From positions 1-21,168 of the forward strand of contig JANMKN010000029.1 in assembly GCA_031372065.1 (NCBI GenBank): 21,168 nt of DNA, given 5' to 3'. The position numbers and the translations under genes were made by a program. Numbering within the stretch: the first letter of the stretch is position 1; each line of letters begins with the position of its first letter. Below, one piece after another: positions 1 through 9,063 of the stretch. Below the pieces are notes generated by a model. That model worked only from the letters and a program-made list of their open reading frames with translations, searched no databases and was not told the origin of the DNA. Source of the DNA: Abditibacteriaceae bacterium. Its GTDB lineage: Bacteria > Armatimonadota > Abditibacteriia > Abditibacteriales > Abditibacteriaceae.

Positions 1-7
1 CCGGCGG

Positions 8-997
8 CTAGTGCCTGTCCAATCTGAAATCGCCACCTAAACCGGCAGTGAACGTCCTGTCATCGTCCAATCCTTCAATGGGGCCGCCTTCGCCGGTTGT
101 CGGAGCGCTACTTTTTTCGTTTGTGCTCATCAGGCGCTTGGCAGCGACAATGGCAGCAGCGGGGTCGGCTTTAATTTGCGCTTGCGCTTTGGGGCGTGCG
201 TATTGGCACAAAATAAAGGTGGTGTAAGTGCCTTGCAGCGTAGCAAAAGCCAAAGTGCCGATGAAACTGGTGATGAGAACGCGTCGCAAAACGGGAATCG
301 CAAAGGCGCGCTTGAAGCCAGCGACATTGATAAGCGAAAACTGACCGCCTTGTTCGTGTTGGCGCTTGGCATTAGCCGCTTGCGCTTCGCGTGTGAGCGT
401 TTCCGGCAGGCGCGCATAAGCCAAACCCCAGTTGATAAAACTGAGAATCGCCGTGAACCAACCCAAACCAAAATTGCCGCCCCACGGCGCGGGCAGATTC
501 GCTAAAACGCCGCCAATCAGCGGCCCGATGGCGAAGCCGATGCCGAAAATCGCGCCGAAGATGCCGAAGGTTTTAGCGCGGTCTTTTTCCTCGGTGACAT
601 CCGATAAATACGCCTGTGCCGTCGAGATATTGGCGCCGGTGATGCCATCCAAAATGCGCGAGGCAAAGAGCATCCACAAACTGCCCGCATAAGCGAACAG
701 CACATAGCCCAGCGCGGTGCCGAAGATGCTCCACACCAAAATCGGACGGCGCCCGATGCGATCCGAAAGGCGGCCCCAAAACGGCGCAAAAAGAAACTGC
801 ATCGCCGAATACGATGCCGCCAAGAGGCCAATTTGCTCCGGCGTGGCCGAATACTGCGCCGCGTAAATCGCCAGTTGCGGAATGATGATGCCGAAACCGA
901 GAATATCAAGAAAAACCGTCAATAAAACCACGCGCTTGGCCATCGCCAAATGCGCGTCATCAAAACGCAGCGAAGAATCTTTTGGAGAATCTGTCAT
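8..997 (-). CDS. TetA/DHA1-like MFS transporter, apparently truncated after TM7 by a TAG (possible pseudogene)
   Basis: MFS motif A (WGRLSDRIGRRP), RILDGITGA, AYLSDVT and FGIGFAIGPLIGG are present. Only about 7 hydrophobic segments precede the TAG at 8-10. ATG at 997 (GTG at 1000 also possible). Confidence 0.8.
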   Translation of the reverse strand: MTDSPKDSSLRFDDAHLAMAKRVVLLTVFLDILGFGIIIPQLAIYAAQYSATPEQIGLLAASYSAMQFLFAPFWGRLSDRIGRRPILVWSIFGTALGYVLFAYAGSLWMLFASRILDGITGANISTAQAYLSDVTEEKDRAKTFGIFGAIFGIGFAIGPLIGGVLANLPAPWGGNFGLGWFTAILSFINWGLAYARLPETLTREAQAANAKRQHEQGGQFSLINVAGFKRAFAIPVLRRVLITSFIGTLAFATLQGTYTTFILCQYARPKAQAQIKADPAAAIVAAKRLMSTNEKSSAPTTGEGGPIEGLDDDRTFTAGLGGDFRLDRH

Positions 998-1117
998 CAC
1001 AAAAAGCTAAACAGGAACGCAGGGAAAAAGGAAGATAAGAATTTGATTTTCTTTCCTTACCTGTCTTGAAGATAAGAGCTATATCCCTTTGTTCCGATGT
1101 CCACGCGCCATTGATAT

Positions 1118-2131
1118 TCAGCTTTGCGGCACCGGCACTTTCTTGCCTTTGCGCGAGCTTTCGATAGCCGCTAAAACCATCGCCAGCGATTTGAAATTGT
1201 CATGGCATTCGGTTTGTGGTTTGGCGCCGCCGCGCAGAAAAGTCAGCATCTCGCGCAAGGCGCCGTGCATCCCGCCAAATTTGATTTTGGGCGCGGGAAT
1301 TTTCAATTCCTTTGTCGCGCGATGAAAGCCGTCTTTGCCGCTGACGATTTCGCCGCGCGGCTGGTCTTTTTCGCACAGCAGCGTGCCATTTTCGCCGATA
1401 AAGCGCCAGTCGCCGTTCCACGAAGTGTGGCAGCCTTCGGCGCACCAACTGCCGCGATAAGTGAAAATGGCGCCATTCGACATCTCGAAAAGGCACGTCG
1501 CGGCCACATCGCCTCCATACCAACTGCCTTTGGGGTTGAATTCGTGCGCGTAAACTGACACGGCATCCAAACCGGTAAAATAGCGCGCCAAATCGAAATG
1601 ATGAATCGCCATATCGAGAATGAGCGGCGAATCCATCTCGTCGCGGAAGCCGCCAAAATGCGCGCCAATGTAAAAATCACAGTTGATCGTGGTGATTTCG
1701 CCGAATTTTCCGCTGTGCAAGGCACGCTGCGCCGTATCGAGATTTTTGTCCCAACGGCGCGATTGGCTGGTCATAAACAATTTTTCAGCGTCTTCGCTGG
1801 CTTTTACCATTTTGCGCGCTTGTTGCAGCGTGGCGGCCATTGGTTTTTCGCCGACGACATGACAGCTGTGCTTCAAAGCCGTTGTTGTCACTTGAAAATG
1901 CGCGTCGGGAATTGTCAAATCCAATACGAAATCCGGCGCGTGTTTTTGCAGCATCGCGGGTAAATCATTGGAAACCTCGCATTCAACGCCATATTTTTCG
2001 CATTGACGCGCGGCATTGGCCGGATTTAAGTCCACCACAGCGCGAATTTCCACTTTTTCGGCCAACAACGGCGGAAACCACGCATTGGAAATGCCGCCTG
2101 CCCCAGCGATTACAACCGATTCTTTTGCCAT
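1118..2131 (-). CDS. Gfo/Idh/MocA family NAD(P)-dependent oxidoreductase
   Basis: Rossmann VIAGAGGIS, GEKPMA (EKP motif) and LDMAIHHFDL. SD-like AAGGAG upstream. Confidence 0.92.
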   Translation of the reverse strand: MAKESVVIAGAGGISNAWFPPLLAEKVEIRAVVDLNPANAARQCEKYGVECEVSNDLPAMLQKHAPDFVLDLTIPDAHFQVTTTALKHSCHVVGEKPMAATLQQARKMVKASEDAEKLFMTSQSRRWDKNLDTAQRALHSGKFGEITTINCDFYIGAHFGGFRDEMDSPLILDMAIHHFDLARYFTGLDAVSVYAHEFNPKGSWYGGDVAATCLFEMSNGAIFTYRGSWCAEGCHTSWNGDWRFIGENGTLLCEKDQPRGEIVSGKDGFHRATKELKIPAPKIKFGGMHGALREMLTFLRGGAKPQTECHDNFKSLAMVLAAIESSRKGKKVPVPQS

Positions 2132-2218
2132 GAAACTGGCTCCTTGATTTTTTGTAGAGACGTTTTTCGTTTATCAGGTTGTTGGTGATGTTGCTGGAAA
2201 ATAGCAATTCGTTTGCGT

Positions 2219-2881
2219 TTAATCGCCGGTTTGCGAGTGCGGCGCGTGAACGGGTTTGGATTCAGGAGAACCGTGCTGGCGTAACCAAATGGAGAACACC
2301 ACGATAGAAAATACGGCCAAAAACTCGCTTTGCCAGTTTTGCAAAGATTCAAACCAGAAATGGGCCGTGGCGGCAAATTGTAACGGCGAAACGGCATCTT
2401 CTCCATGCGCCATTTGATTGATGGAATATTCTTTTGCGCCGCCAATCGCGTGACCGATAAAAGAAAAAATGAAGCAGAATCCAAGAGCCAAAGTGAGCGA
2501 ATTTTTATAAAGAGCCAAACGCCAGCCGCCTTTTTTCACCGGGCCGGGCACATTTTCGTCTCCGGCGTGTTGCTCTGGGTCTTCGTCTGTTGCTTCCAAT
2601 TTATCGGGGTCTTTGGATTCCGCCGAGCCTTTTTGAAAAAGAAAGCAAGTAAACGCCACATACGCCGCCATTTGAAGAAATTCACTTTCCCAGTTTTCAA
2701 AAGTGGCCTGCCAGAAATGGCCGCCTTCGAGATATTGCAAGTAAGTTTGTGTGGGCTGATGATGGCTTTGCCGTTCTTCGTTATCAACGGCGTGGCCGGT
2801 CAAACTTTGCCCAATCCAAAACACCAAGAAGCAGAAAAACAGCAGGAGCGACAATCCATTGTTACGCAGAAAATGTTTCAT
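2219..2881 (-). CDS. Conserved membrane protein, DUF6766-like
   Basis: Two internally repeated halves: NGLSL...FWQATFENWESEFLQ and NSLTL...FWFESLQNWQSEFLA, ending RQHGSPESKPV. ATG at 2881 preferred over GTG at 2899. Confidence 0.75.
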   Translation of the reverse strand: MKHFLRNNGLSLLLFFCFLVFWIGQSLTGHAVDNEERQSHHQPTQTYLQYLEGGHFWQATFENWESEFLQMAAYVAFTCFLFQKGSAESKDPDKLEATDEDPEQHAGDENVPGPVKKGGWRLALYKNSLTLALGFCFIFSFIGHAIGGAKEYSINQMAHGEDAVSPLQFAATAHFWFESLQNWQSEFLAVFSIVVFSIWLRQHGSPESKPVHAPHSQTGD

Positions 2882-2955
2882 GACCGCTGGCCTATGCACA
2901 CTCTATGCCGCTATTGGCTAAAATAATTAGTCCGCGCCCAAAAATGTCAATTGCT

Positions 2956-3441
2956 ATGTCGTCATCCCAAAGAGTGCTTGCCATAGATTTCGGACTGAAA
3001 CGCCTCGGTTTGGCCTTATCGGATGACCGGGGCCTTTTGGCCGCACCTTATGCCGTGCGCGAACGCAAAAATCTCATGCGCGACATCGCCGATTTGACGC
3101 AAACCATTGCCGATTTGCGCGTGACGACTATCGTTTTTGGCAAACCTCTTGGCTTGGAGGAAGGCACCGAACATCATGCTGCGCCGCTGGAAAAATTCGT
3201 TACCCTTTTAGAATCTTCCTTGCGCGAAGCCGGACTGAACATTGCTCTTGAGTGGCGGGACGAGCGTTTTTCGACTGCCGAAGCGTGGCGCAATTTGCGC
3301 GAGGGCGGTATTTCGACGCGTGTCGGTAAAGACCAAGTGGACGCGCACGCCGCCGCCGTGATTTTGCAAGGTTATCTGGATGCAAAACACCAATCAAACA
3401 AAAAACCATCTTCCAACGAGGATATTGAGTGCCTGAATTAA
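2956..3441 (+). CDS. ruvX: YqgF/RuvX RNase H-fold nuclease (pre-16S rRNA processing / putative resolvase)
   Basis: RVLAIDFGLKRLGLALSD, DERFST and VDAHAAAVILQGYLD motifs. Start uncertain (ATG 2944 or 2956). Confidence 0.93.
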   Translation: MSSSQRVLAIDFGLKRLGLALSDDRGLLAAPYAVRERKNLMRDIADLTQTIADLRVTTIVFGKPLGLEEGTEHHAAPLEKFVTLLESSLREAGLNIALEWRDERFSTAEAWRNLREGGISTRVGKDQVDAHAAAVILQGYLDAKHQSNKKPSSNEDIECLN

Positions 3442-4559
3442 ATCAATTTGAAGCGGCTTTGGCCGAAAAGGAAAGTGAGGCGCCAAAGGTCGCCGATAGT
3501 GCCGTGCCCGCCGTTATGACGGAAGAAAAATCGGGCCTTTCGTGGGGCAAAATTGCCCTACTGGGCCTTGTCGTCGCGCTGATTTTAGGCGGCATGGGCG
3601 GTTTTATTTATTGGCGCGATATGAAGTGGCGTTGGGAAAAAATTCCGATGCCTGAAACGATGGCGCGCGTAACCGCCGAGTGGCCGTTAGATAAACTCGG
3701 CGGACGCTTACTGGAAACGGGCAAAATCCGCGACGTTGATGCCTTTTTACAAGCCGCGCGCGAAGCGAAACTGCAAAACGTCAAGCCGGGCGGTTATATG
3801 CTGCCCAAAGAAGCCGGGCCGCGCGATTTGGCGGCGCTTTTTGCCGGTGGCCCGCAGCTTGTGAAAATCACTTTCCCCGAAGGCTGGACGGCGGGTCAAA
3901 TGGCGCGGCGCCTTGCCAGCGCAGGCTTTTCCGATGCGGCCACTTTTAATCGCTTGGCCTACGGTCAAACACTTGTTTCGCCTTGGGAAGGCAAACTGTT
4001 TCCCGATACTTATTACTTGGCGCCTAAAGCGTCGGGCGAGCAAATCATCGCCCGTTTAAACGAACGCTTTAACGAAGTCGCCAAGGATTTGTCGCGTCCG
4101 TTTCCCAAAATACAAGGCAAGGAGATGACGCTCGCGCAAGTAGTGATTTTGGCTTCCTTGGTCGAACGCGAAACAAGTGAAGCCGCCGAGCGACCTTTAA
4201 TCGCGGGCGTGCTGCTCAATCGCCTGAACATTAAAATGCGCTTGCAATGCGACGCCAGCGTTCAATATGCGCGGCGCCGCGCCGAGGAAAACGCCCAATT
4301 AAAAGCGGGCGATGGCTATAAAGCGCGCTTGCTTTTCAGAGATTTGAAAATTGATTCGCCTTACAATACCTACCAAATCGCCGGATTGCCACCCGGCCCC
4401 ATTTGCAATCCCGGCCAAGCCGCGCTCAAAGCCGCCGCCCGACCCGAAACATCGCCTTATTTTTTCTATGTCATGTCGCCCAAATTAGGTCACCATCGCT
4501 TCGCTAAAACCTTCGCCGATCATCAGCGCAATATCGCTCTGGCGAAATCGGAAAAGTGA
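3429..4559 (+). CDS. mltG: Endolytic transglycosylase MltG (YceG family)
   Basis: N-terminal TM anchor, then ITFPEG, EGKLFPDTY, LASLVERE, LQCDASVQY and DSPYNTY..GLPPGPICNPG. Overlaps the end of ruvX. Confidence 0.95.
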   Translation: MPELNQFEAALAEKESEAPKVADSAVPAVMTEEKSGLSWGKIALLGLVVALILGGMGGFIYWRDMKWRWEKIPMPETMARVTAEWPLDKLGGRLLETGKIRDVDAFLQAAREAKLQNVKPGGYMLPKEAGPRDLAALFAGGPQLVKITFPEGWTAGQMARRLASAGFSDAATFNRLAYGQTLVSPWEGKLFPDTYYLAPKASGEQIIARLNERFNEVAKDLSRPFPKIQGKEMTLAQVVILASLVERETSEAAERPLIAGVLLNRLNIKMRLQCDASVQYARRRAEENAQLKAGDGYKARLLFRDLKIDSPYNTYQIAGLPPGPICNPGQAALKAAARPETSPYFFYVMSPKLGHHRFAKTFADHQRNIALAKSEK

Positions 4560-4607
4560 AAATTGTGCGTAAAATCAAGAAATTTATCAAGTTTTTTGAA
4601 TATATGT

Positions 4608-4634
4608 TTGAAACTCTTCCATTTCGTCTATAAT
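4608..4634 (+). promoter_or_regulatory. Putative sigma70-like promoter of the DUF1559 gene
   Basis: TTGAAA (4608-4613) and perfect TATAAT (4629-4634) in AT-rich intergenic DNA, but the spacer is only 15 nt. SD AAGGAG precedes ATG 4670. Confidence 0.45.
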
Positions 4635-4669
4635 AGTCATAGCGCCGTTGAAAAAGAAGGAGTTTCGAT

Positions 4670-5482
4670 ATGTTTTTGAAAGTCAGCCGTTCTGAAAAGC
4701 CGTCGTCTCGACGCGGCTTTACCTTGATTGAGTTGCTTGTCGTCATAGCGATAATAGCGCTCCTCGCCGCCATTCTGTTCCCTGTTTTCGCCCGTGCGCG
4801 CGAAAACGCCCGCAAGTCCTCTTGTGCTAATAATCTCAAGCAGCTTGGTTTAGCGGCTGTGCAGTATTCGCAGGATTACGATGAGTGGGTGCTTTCCTCG
4901 TATGGAGGCGGTTACACCGATCCTGTCAATGGAGGCACTGTTTACTGGACAGGCTTGATTGCTCCTTATTTGAAGAACATCCAAGTTTTTCAAGACCCCA
5001 GTGGCCCGAAGTTCACTGAAAGCAATCCGCGCAATCCACAACTCTCAAATTACGGTCACCAGCATAACAATTTAGGCTGGGGTTTAGGTGCGAGTAGTGG
5101 CGGGACCAATCCAAGTCTGTCGGAGATAGGTGCTCCGGCTAGCACAATTCTATTCTCTGATATCGGACGTTACAACGTGCCGAATACGGGGGATAACTGG
5201 GCGAATCTCAAAAATAACCCAGAGGTGTTTCAGAGTATTACCGAGCGCGTCACTCGTGGTTACACTCAATGCCCCAGTTGTCCTAATCAAGGAGGAGCGG
5301 GCTGCTGTGCCACCGATGCTCTCACTGTTGCGGATAAGCATGTTGGGACATGTAATGTGGCGTTTTTGGATGGTCATGTTAAGGCCATAAAGACAGCAGT
5401 CTTAACCGCACCATTCTTTGAAACCAACGCTGCCAGCCCCAATTATCAAGGCGGAAAAAACGATTATTGGGATAGAAAGTAG
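4670..5482 (+). CDS. DUF1559 prepilin-type N-terminal cleavage/methylation protein with H-X9-DG domain
   Basis: [46 protein letters not shown] and C-terminal [16 protein letters not shown]. Confidence 0.93.
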   Translation: MFLKVSRSEKPSSRRGFTLIELLVVIAIIALLAAILFPVFARARENARKSSCANNLKQLGLAAVQYSQDYDEWVLSSYGGGYTDPVNGGTVYWTGLIAPYLKNIQVFQDPSGPKFTESNPRNPQLSNYGHQHNNLGWGLGASSGGTNPSLSEIGAPASTILFSDIGRYNVPNTGDNWANLKNNPEVFQSITERVTRGYTQCPSCPNQGGAGCCATDALTVADKHVGTCNVAFLDGHVKAIKTAVLTAPFFETNAASPNYQGGKNDYWDRK

Positions 5483-5497
5483 TTCTATCCCAATAAT
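5463..5497. repeat. Perfect 15-bp inverted repeat enclosing the DUF1559 stop codon
   Basis: ATTATTGGGATAGAA-agtag-TTCTATCCCAATAAT. The TAG at 5480-5482 lies in the 5-nt loop. Confidence 0.9.
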
Positions 5498-5499
5498 TG

Positions 5500-5533
5500 A
5501 AACGCGATTTTCGGTTAGAAGGTCGCGTTTTTT
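5500..5533. terminator. Intrinsic terminator between convergent DUF1559 and CRTAC1-like genes
   Basis: AAACGCGATTTTC-ggtta-GAAGGTCGCGTTT stem (with G-U pairs) running into a T tract. Confidence 0.7.
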
Positions 5534-7355
5534 ATTTGGGGTTCTGAAACGGTTTTTGCTCGACTAATCCTTTGTCTTCATCCACCACAATCATTTGATT
5601 CGCGGCGACGTTTTCTAATTTCGTCTTAGCACCAGACGGCCACAAAATCGCGATGCCGTCGGCGGCCTTGTTTTGCCCTAAGCCCAACGTGATTGGTAAT
5701 TCGCTTTGTGATAAGAACGATGAACCGCTGCGCACCCATTGGCGCAAAACATCGTTGCCGGTTTTGACTTTTACCAAAGCACCGATTCCGCTGCGGTTGC
5801 TTTTGGTGCCGCGCAAAGTCAAGCGCAGAGTGTTGTTTTGATTGCCACCCTCGTTACGCCACAAATGAGCCGCGCCGTTATTTGTGGTTATAACGACATC
5901 CAAATCGCCATCTAAATCGAAATCGCTGTAAGCTAAACCACGAGCGACAAGTTTCTGGCGCATGGCCTCGCCGCTATTCAAACCGATCTCTCGAAAGCGT
6001 AAGCGCCCGGTGGATTCGTTGTGAAACAACAGCGGGCGCTGCCGATAGGATTCTTGGGCTTGGATTTTTTCAACATTTGGCTGAACATGACCATTGGCAG
6101 CTAAAATATCGGGCCAGCCATCGTTGTCGAAATCAAAAAACAAGCAGCCGAATGTCAGAAAATTCCGACTGGCCTCGCCGATGGCAGAATCGGGCGCAGC
6201 ATCTGCAAAAGTGCTGTGTCCGCTGTTGTAATAAAGTGCCAGCATTTCCTGCGAAAAATTGCCGATAACTATGCTGTCGCGATTGGAATGATCTACATCA
6301 GCGCTATCAATGCCCATTCCGGCGCGGGCACGGCCAAAGCGGTCATGAGAAATGCCCGCTTGCTGCGCGACTTCTTTAAACGTGCCACCTCCCTTGTTTT
6401 CAAACAGAAAATTACGCATGGTGTCGTTTGCCACAATGAGATCGGGCCAGCCATCATTGTTGTAATCGCAAACGACAACGCCCATCGCTTTACCATCCAA
6501 CGGCTCGCTTTGGCCTTGGCTATCGCGCCGCACTCCGATTCCGGCAGTCGATGTCACATCCTGAAATTTTCCGTTTCCCAAACCACGATATAAAAAGCTG
6601 CTTTGTCCTGAATATGCTGTAGGATTGCTATAAGCTTTCATGCCTTTTGCCGTTTGGTAAACATCGGTTTGCGGCGTCCAGCGGATATAGCGGCCTGCAA
6701 ACAGATCAAGATTGCCGTCTTTATCGTAGTCCAGCCACGCACAACACATTCCCCAACCATTACCTTGCACGCCCGCTTGCGAGGCGACTTCGCGAAAGTG
6801 ATTGTTGCCCTCGTTATGAAACAGGAAATTGCGCGGATAAGCCGTTACATACAAATCAACGCGCCCATCGTTATCATAATCGCCCACGGCGGCGCCCATG
6901 CCATAAGTGGTAATTCCTAAACCAGAGTTTTTGGTCGTATCTGTAAAAGTGCCGTTACCATTGTTAAGATAAAGCGCACTGGTGGCCAAACGTGGGGGCG
7001 GTGCCTGTTCGCTGACGAATTTCCGCATATCGGGAGGAAATGTGCTGCGCCCGGCTTGATACTCATCCGCCGTCCAGTCGCGGCTGTTGACGAAAAACAA
7101 ATCCTGATAACCGTCGTTGTTGTAATCAAGAAACGCGACGCCGCTGCCGTTGGTTTCTGGCATTAGTCGCAGTGCAGAAGCGCCGTTGTTGTGCTGAAAG
7201 TGGATTCCGGCGGCCTTTGTCACATCGGCAAATTCCACTTTGAGAGGCGGCGTTTGTTGAATCGGCGTGACAATTGAAACAGGTTGTGGGCGCGGGCAAC
7301 CCGCAACCAAGCACAACGGCGTTATAAAAAGAGGGGACAACCGCGTTTTGCGCAC
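5532..7355 (-). CDS. CRTAC1 family protein (FG-GAP/VCBS repeats plus ASPIC/UnbV domain), probable lipoprotein
   Basis: Repeated DYNNDG/DYDNDG/DFDNDG..DL motifs and C-terminal SNRSGIGALV..GSSFLSQS..LGLG..I.WPSG. GTG at 7355 gives MRKTRLSPLFITPLCLVAG-C, a lipobox signal peptide. Confidence 0.88.
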   Translation of the reverse strand: MRKTRLSPLFITPLCLVAGCPRPQPVSIVTPIQQTPPLKVEFADVTKAAGIHFQHNNGASALRLMPETNGSGVAFLDYNNDGYQDLFFVNSRDWTADEYQAGRSTFPPDMRKFVSEQAPPPRLATSALYLNNGNGTFTDTTKNSGLGITTYGMGAAVGDYDNDGRVDLYVTAYPRNFLFHNEGNNHFREVASQAGVQGNGWGMCCAWLDYDKDGNLDLFAGRYIRWTPQTDVYQTAKGMKAYSNPTAYSGQSSFLYRGLGNGKFQDVTSTAGIGVRRDSQGQSEPLDGKAMGVVVCDYNNDGWPDLIVANDTMRNFLFENKGGGTFKEVAQQAGISHDRFGRARAGMGIDSADVDHSNRDSIVIGNFSQEMLALYYNSGHSTFADAAPDSAIGEASRNFLTFGCLFFDFDNDGWPDILAANGHVQPNVEKIQAQESYRQRPLLFHNESTGRLRFREIGLNSGEAMRQKLVARGLAYSDFDLDGDLDVVITTNNGAAHLWRNEGGNQNNTLRLTLRGTKSNRSGIGALVKVKTGNDVLRQWVRSGSSFLSQSELPITLGLGQNKAADGIAILWPSGAKTKLENVAANQMIVVDEDKGLVEQKPFQNPK

Positions 7356-7479
7356 GAACCAAAGTATGACTGGAAGCCTACGGCGCGAGTAGAATGCGCC
7401 TGCCAAGGCTGTTGTTTTAGCTGGCCGCTGCTTTGCCCCTTGGGGCCGGAAATTAGGACGGACGAGGAAATTCAAATTC

Positions 7480-8886
7480 ATGGCGGAAATTCACATAGAA
7501 AAAAATGCGCCGCACGTTGTCATTATTGGTGGCGGTTTTGGCGGCTTAAATGCCGCGCAAATGTTAGCCAAAGCGCCCGTCAACATCACGCTGATTGACC
7601 GCAACAACTATCATTTGTTTCAGCCTTTGCTGTATCAAGTTGCAACGGCGGCAGTTTCGGCGGGCGAAATCGCCTCACCGATTCGTTCGGTGTTGCGGCA
7701 TCAGAAAAATGCCAGCGTTCTCATGGGCGAGGCGCGCGAAATTGACTTGGCGAACAAGCGCGTTTTGCTGCACGATGACCACGCTTCGACAGATGAAATT
7801 GATACTCTGTCTTACGATTATTTGGTCATCGCGGCGGGCGCGACGGGCACTTATTTCGGGCACGACGAATGGGCGCCCTTAGCGCCGGGCTTAAAAACTC
7901 TCGAAGACGCCTTCGATGTGCGCCGCCGCATTTTTTTAGCTTATGAATTAGCCGAGCGCGAGCCGAAGAATTCTACCTTGCGCGCCGAGTTTTTGACGTT
8001 TGTCATCGTGGGCGGCGGCCCGACAGGTGTGGAATTGGCGGGCGCCATCGCTGAAATTGCGCAGCGCACCTTGGCGCATGATTTCCGTTCCATTGATTCG
8101 CGCAGCACGCGCGTGATTGTGGTGCAGAGCGGTGACCGCATTCTCGAAGGTTTTTCGGAGCAATCTTCTAATTCAGCCCTCGACCAACTCAAAGCGCGCG
8201 GCGTGGAAGTTATTTTCAATAAACGCGTGACAGGCATCACGCCGGAAACGGTGCAATTAGGCGATGAAACGATTCGCGCCCGCACCGCTTTTTGGACAGC
8301 AGGCGTGCAAGCCGCGCCCCTTTCGCGCAATTTGACGGGCTTAAAAGCTGAACTGGATCGTGGTGGCCGAGTGCCTGTCGAAGCTGACCTTTCCCTGCCG
8401 GATTTTCCTGAAGTTTTTGTGATCGGCGACATGGCGCTTTTTATTCATCAAAAAGGCGACGACGGCAAGCCAACAGGCAAACCGCTGCCCGGTGTGGCGC
8501 CCGTTGCCATTCAAATGGGAAAACACGTCGCTAAAAACATAATCCGCAGCGTCAAAGGCGAAAAACGTGAGCCATTTCACTATTGGGACAAAGGTAATAT
8601 GGCGACCATTGGCCGTGCCGCTGCTGTGGCCGAAACCAGCAAGTTTAAGATGTCTGGTCTCATTGCATGGCTGGCATGGGCCTTCGTGCATATTTTGTAT
8701 CTAATCGGTTTTTACAATCGCTTTGTGGTAATGTTCCGCTGGGCGTGGTCGTATATCACTTTTCAACGCGGCGCACGTTTGATTACCAATATCAATCCGT
8801 TGGCGGTCAGAACAACGCCGCCTTCGGACGAAGCGAATTTCACTCAAAAACCTGCCGCTGAAATCGCCAAAGAACCCAGAGCGTAA
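7480..8886 (+). CDS. ndh: Type II NADH:quinone oxidoreductase (NDH-2)
   Basis: GGGFGG, HLFQPLLYQVAT, GGGPTGVELAG, VFVIGD, VAPVAIQMG and KGNMATIGR motifs. SD GAGG upstream. Confidence 0.93.
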   Translation: MAEIHIEKNAPHVVIIGGGFGGLNAAQMLAKAPVNITLIDRNNYHLFQPLLYQVATAAVSAGEIASPIRSVLRHQKNASVLMGEAREIDLANKRVLLHDDHASTDEIDTLSYDYLVIAAGATGTYFGHDEWAPLAPGLKTLEDAFDVRRRIFLAYELAEREPKNSTLRAEFLTFVIVGGGPTGVELAGAIAEIAQRTLAHDFRSIDSRSTRVIVVQSGDRILEGFSEQSSNSALDQLKARGVEVIFNKRVTGITPETVQLGDETIRARTAFWTAGVQAAPLSRNLTGLKAELDRGGRVPVEADLSLPDFPEVFVIGDMALFIHQKGDDGKPTGKPLPGVAPVAIQMGKHVAKNIIRSVKGEKREPFHYWDKGNMATIGRAAAVAETSKFKMSGLIAWLAWAFVHILYLIGFYNRFVVMFRWAWSYITFQRGARLITNINPLAVRTTPPSDEANFTQKPAAEIAKEPRA

Positions 8887-8919
8887 GCGACGGGCCAAAT
8901 AAATTCTTAGCCCGTCGCT
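8886..8919. terminator. Hairpin after ndh, probable terminator
   Basis: AGCGACGGGC-(14 nt)-GCCCGTCGCT directly at the ndh stop. No adjacent T tract. Confidence 0.6.
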
Positions 8920-8934
8920 AAGGCTCTGGATTTT

Positions 8935-8976
8935 TTATCCGCGCGTCAATTCGCCATCCAACAAGCGCATAATGCC
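8935..8976 (-). pseudogene. Displaced 3' end of the aldehyde dehydrogenase gene (GIMRLLDGELTRG*), left copy of the island-flanking repeat
   Basis: 8941-8976 matches 12946-12981 at 31/36 nt. The minus strand reads GIMRLLDGELTR-G-TAA versus GIMRLVDGKLTR-TAA in the intact gene. Confidence 0.85.
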
Positions 8977-9063
8977 AAAAATGGTTTTTGTAAAAAGTTG
9001 TTCTATCTAATAAAGACAAAAGGACTGACTCAGTGGTGCTTCTCTATTAAACTGTTTTAAACC

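Noticed and set aside
1020..1065. Purine-rich then pyrimidine-rich stretch between the oxidoreductase and MFS genes as a terminator
   Set aside because: Pairing is too imperfect to call.
2956..4559. ruvX-mltG overlap as a novel association
   Set aside because: This gene order is common in many bacteria.
5400..5533. DGR target (variable region plus hairpin) at the DUF1559 3' end
   Set aside because: No template repeat or reverse transcriptase in the window; only the hairpin is supported.
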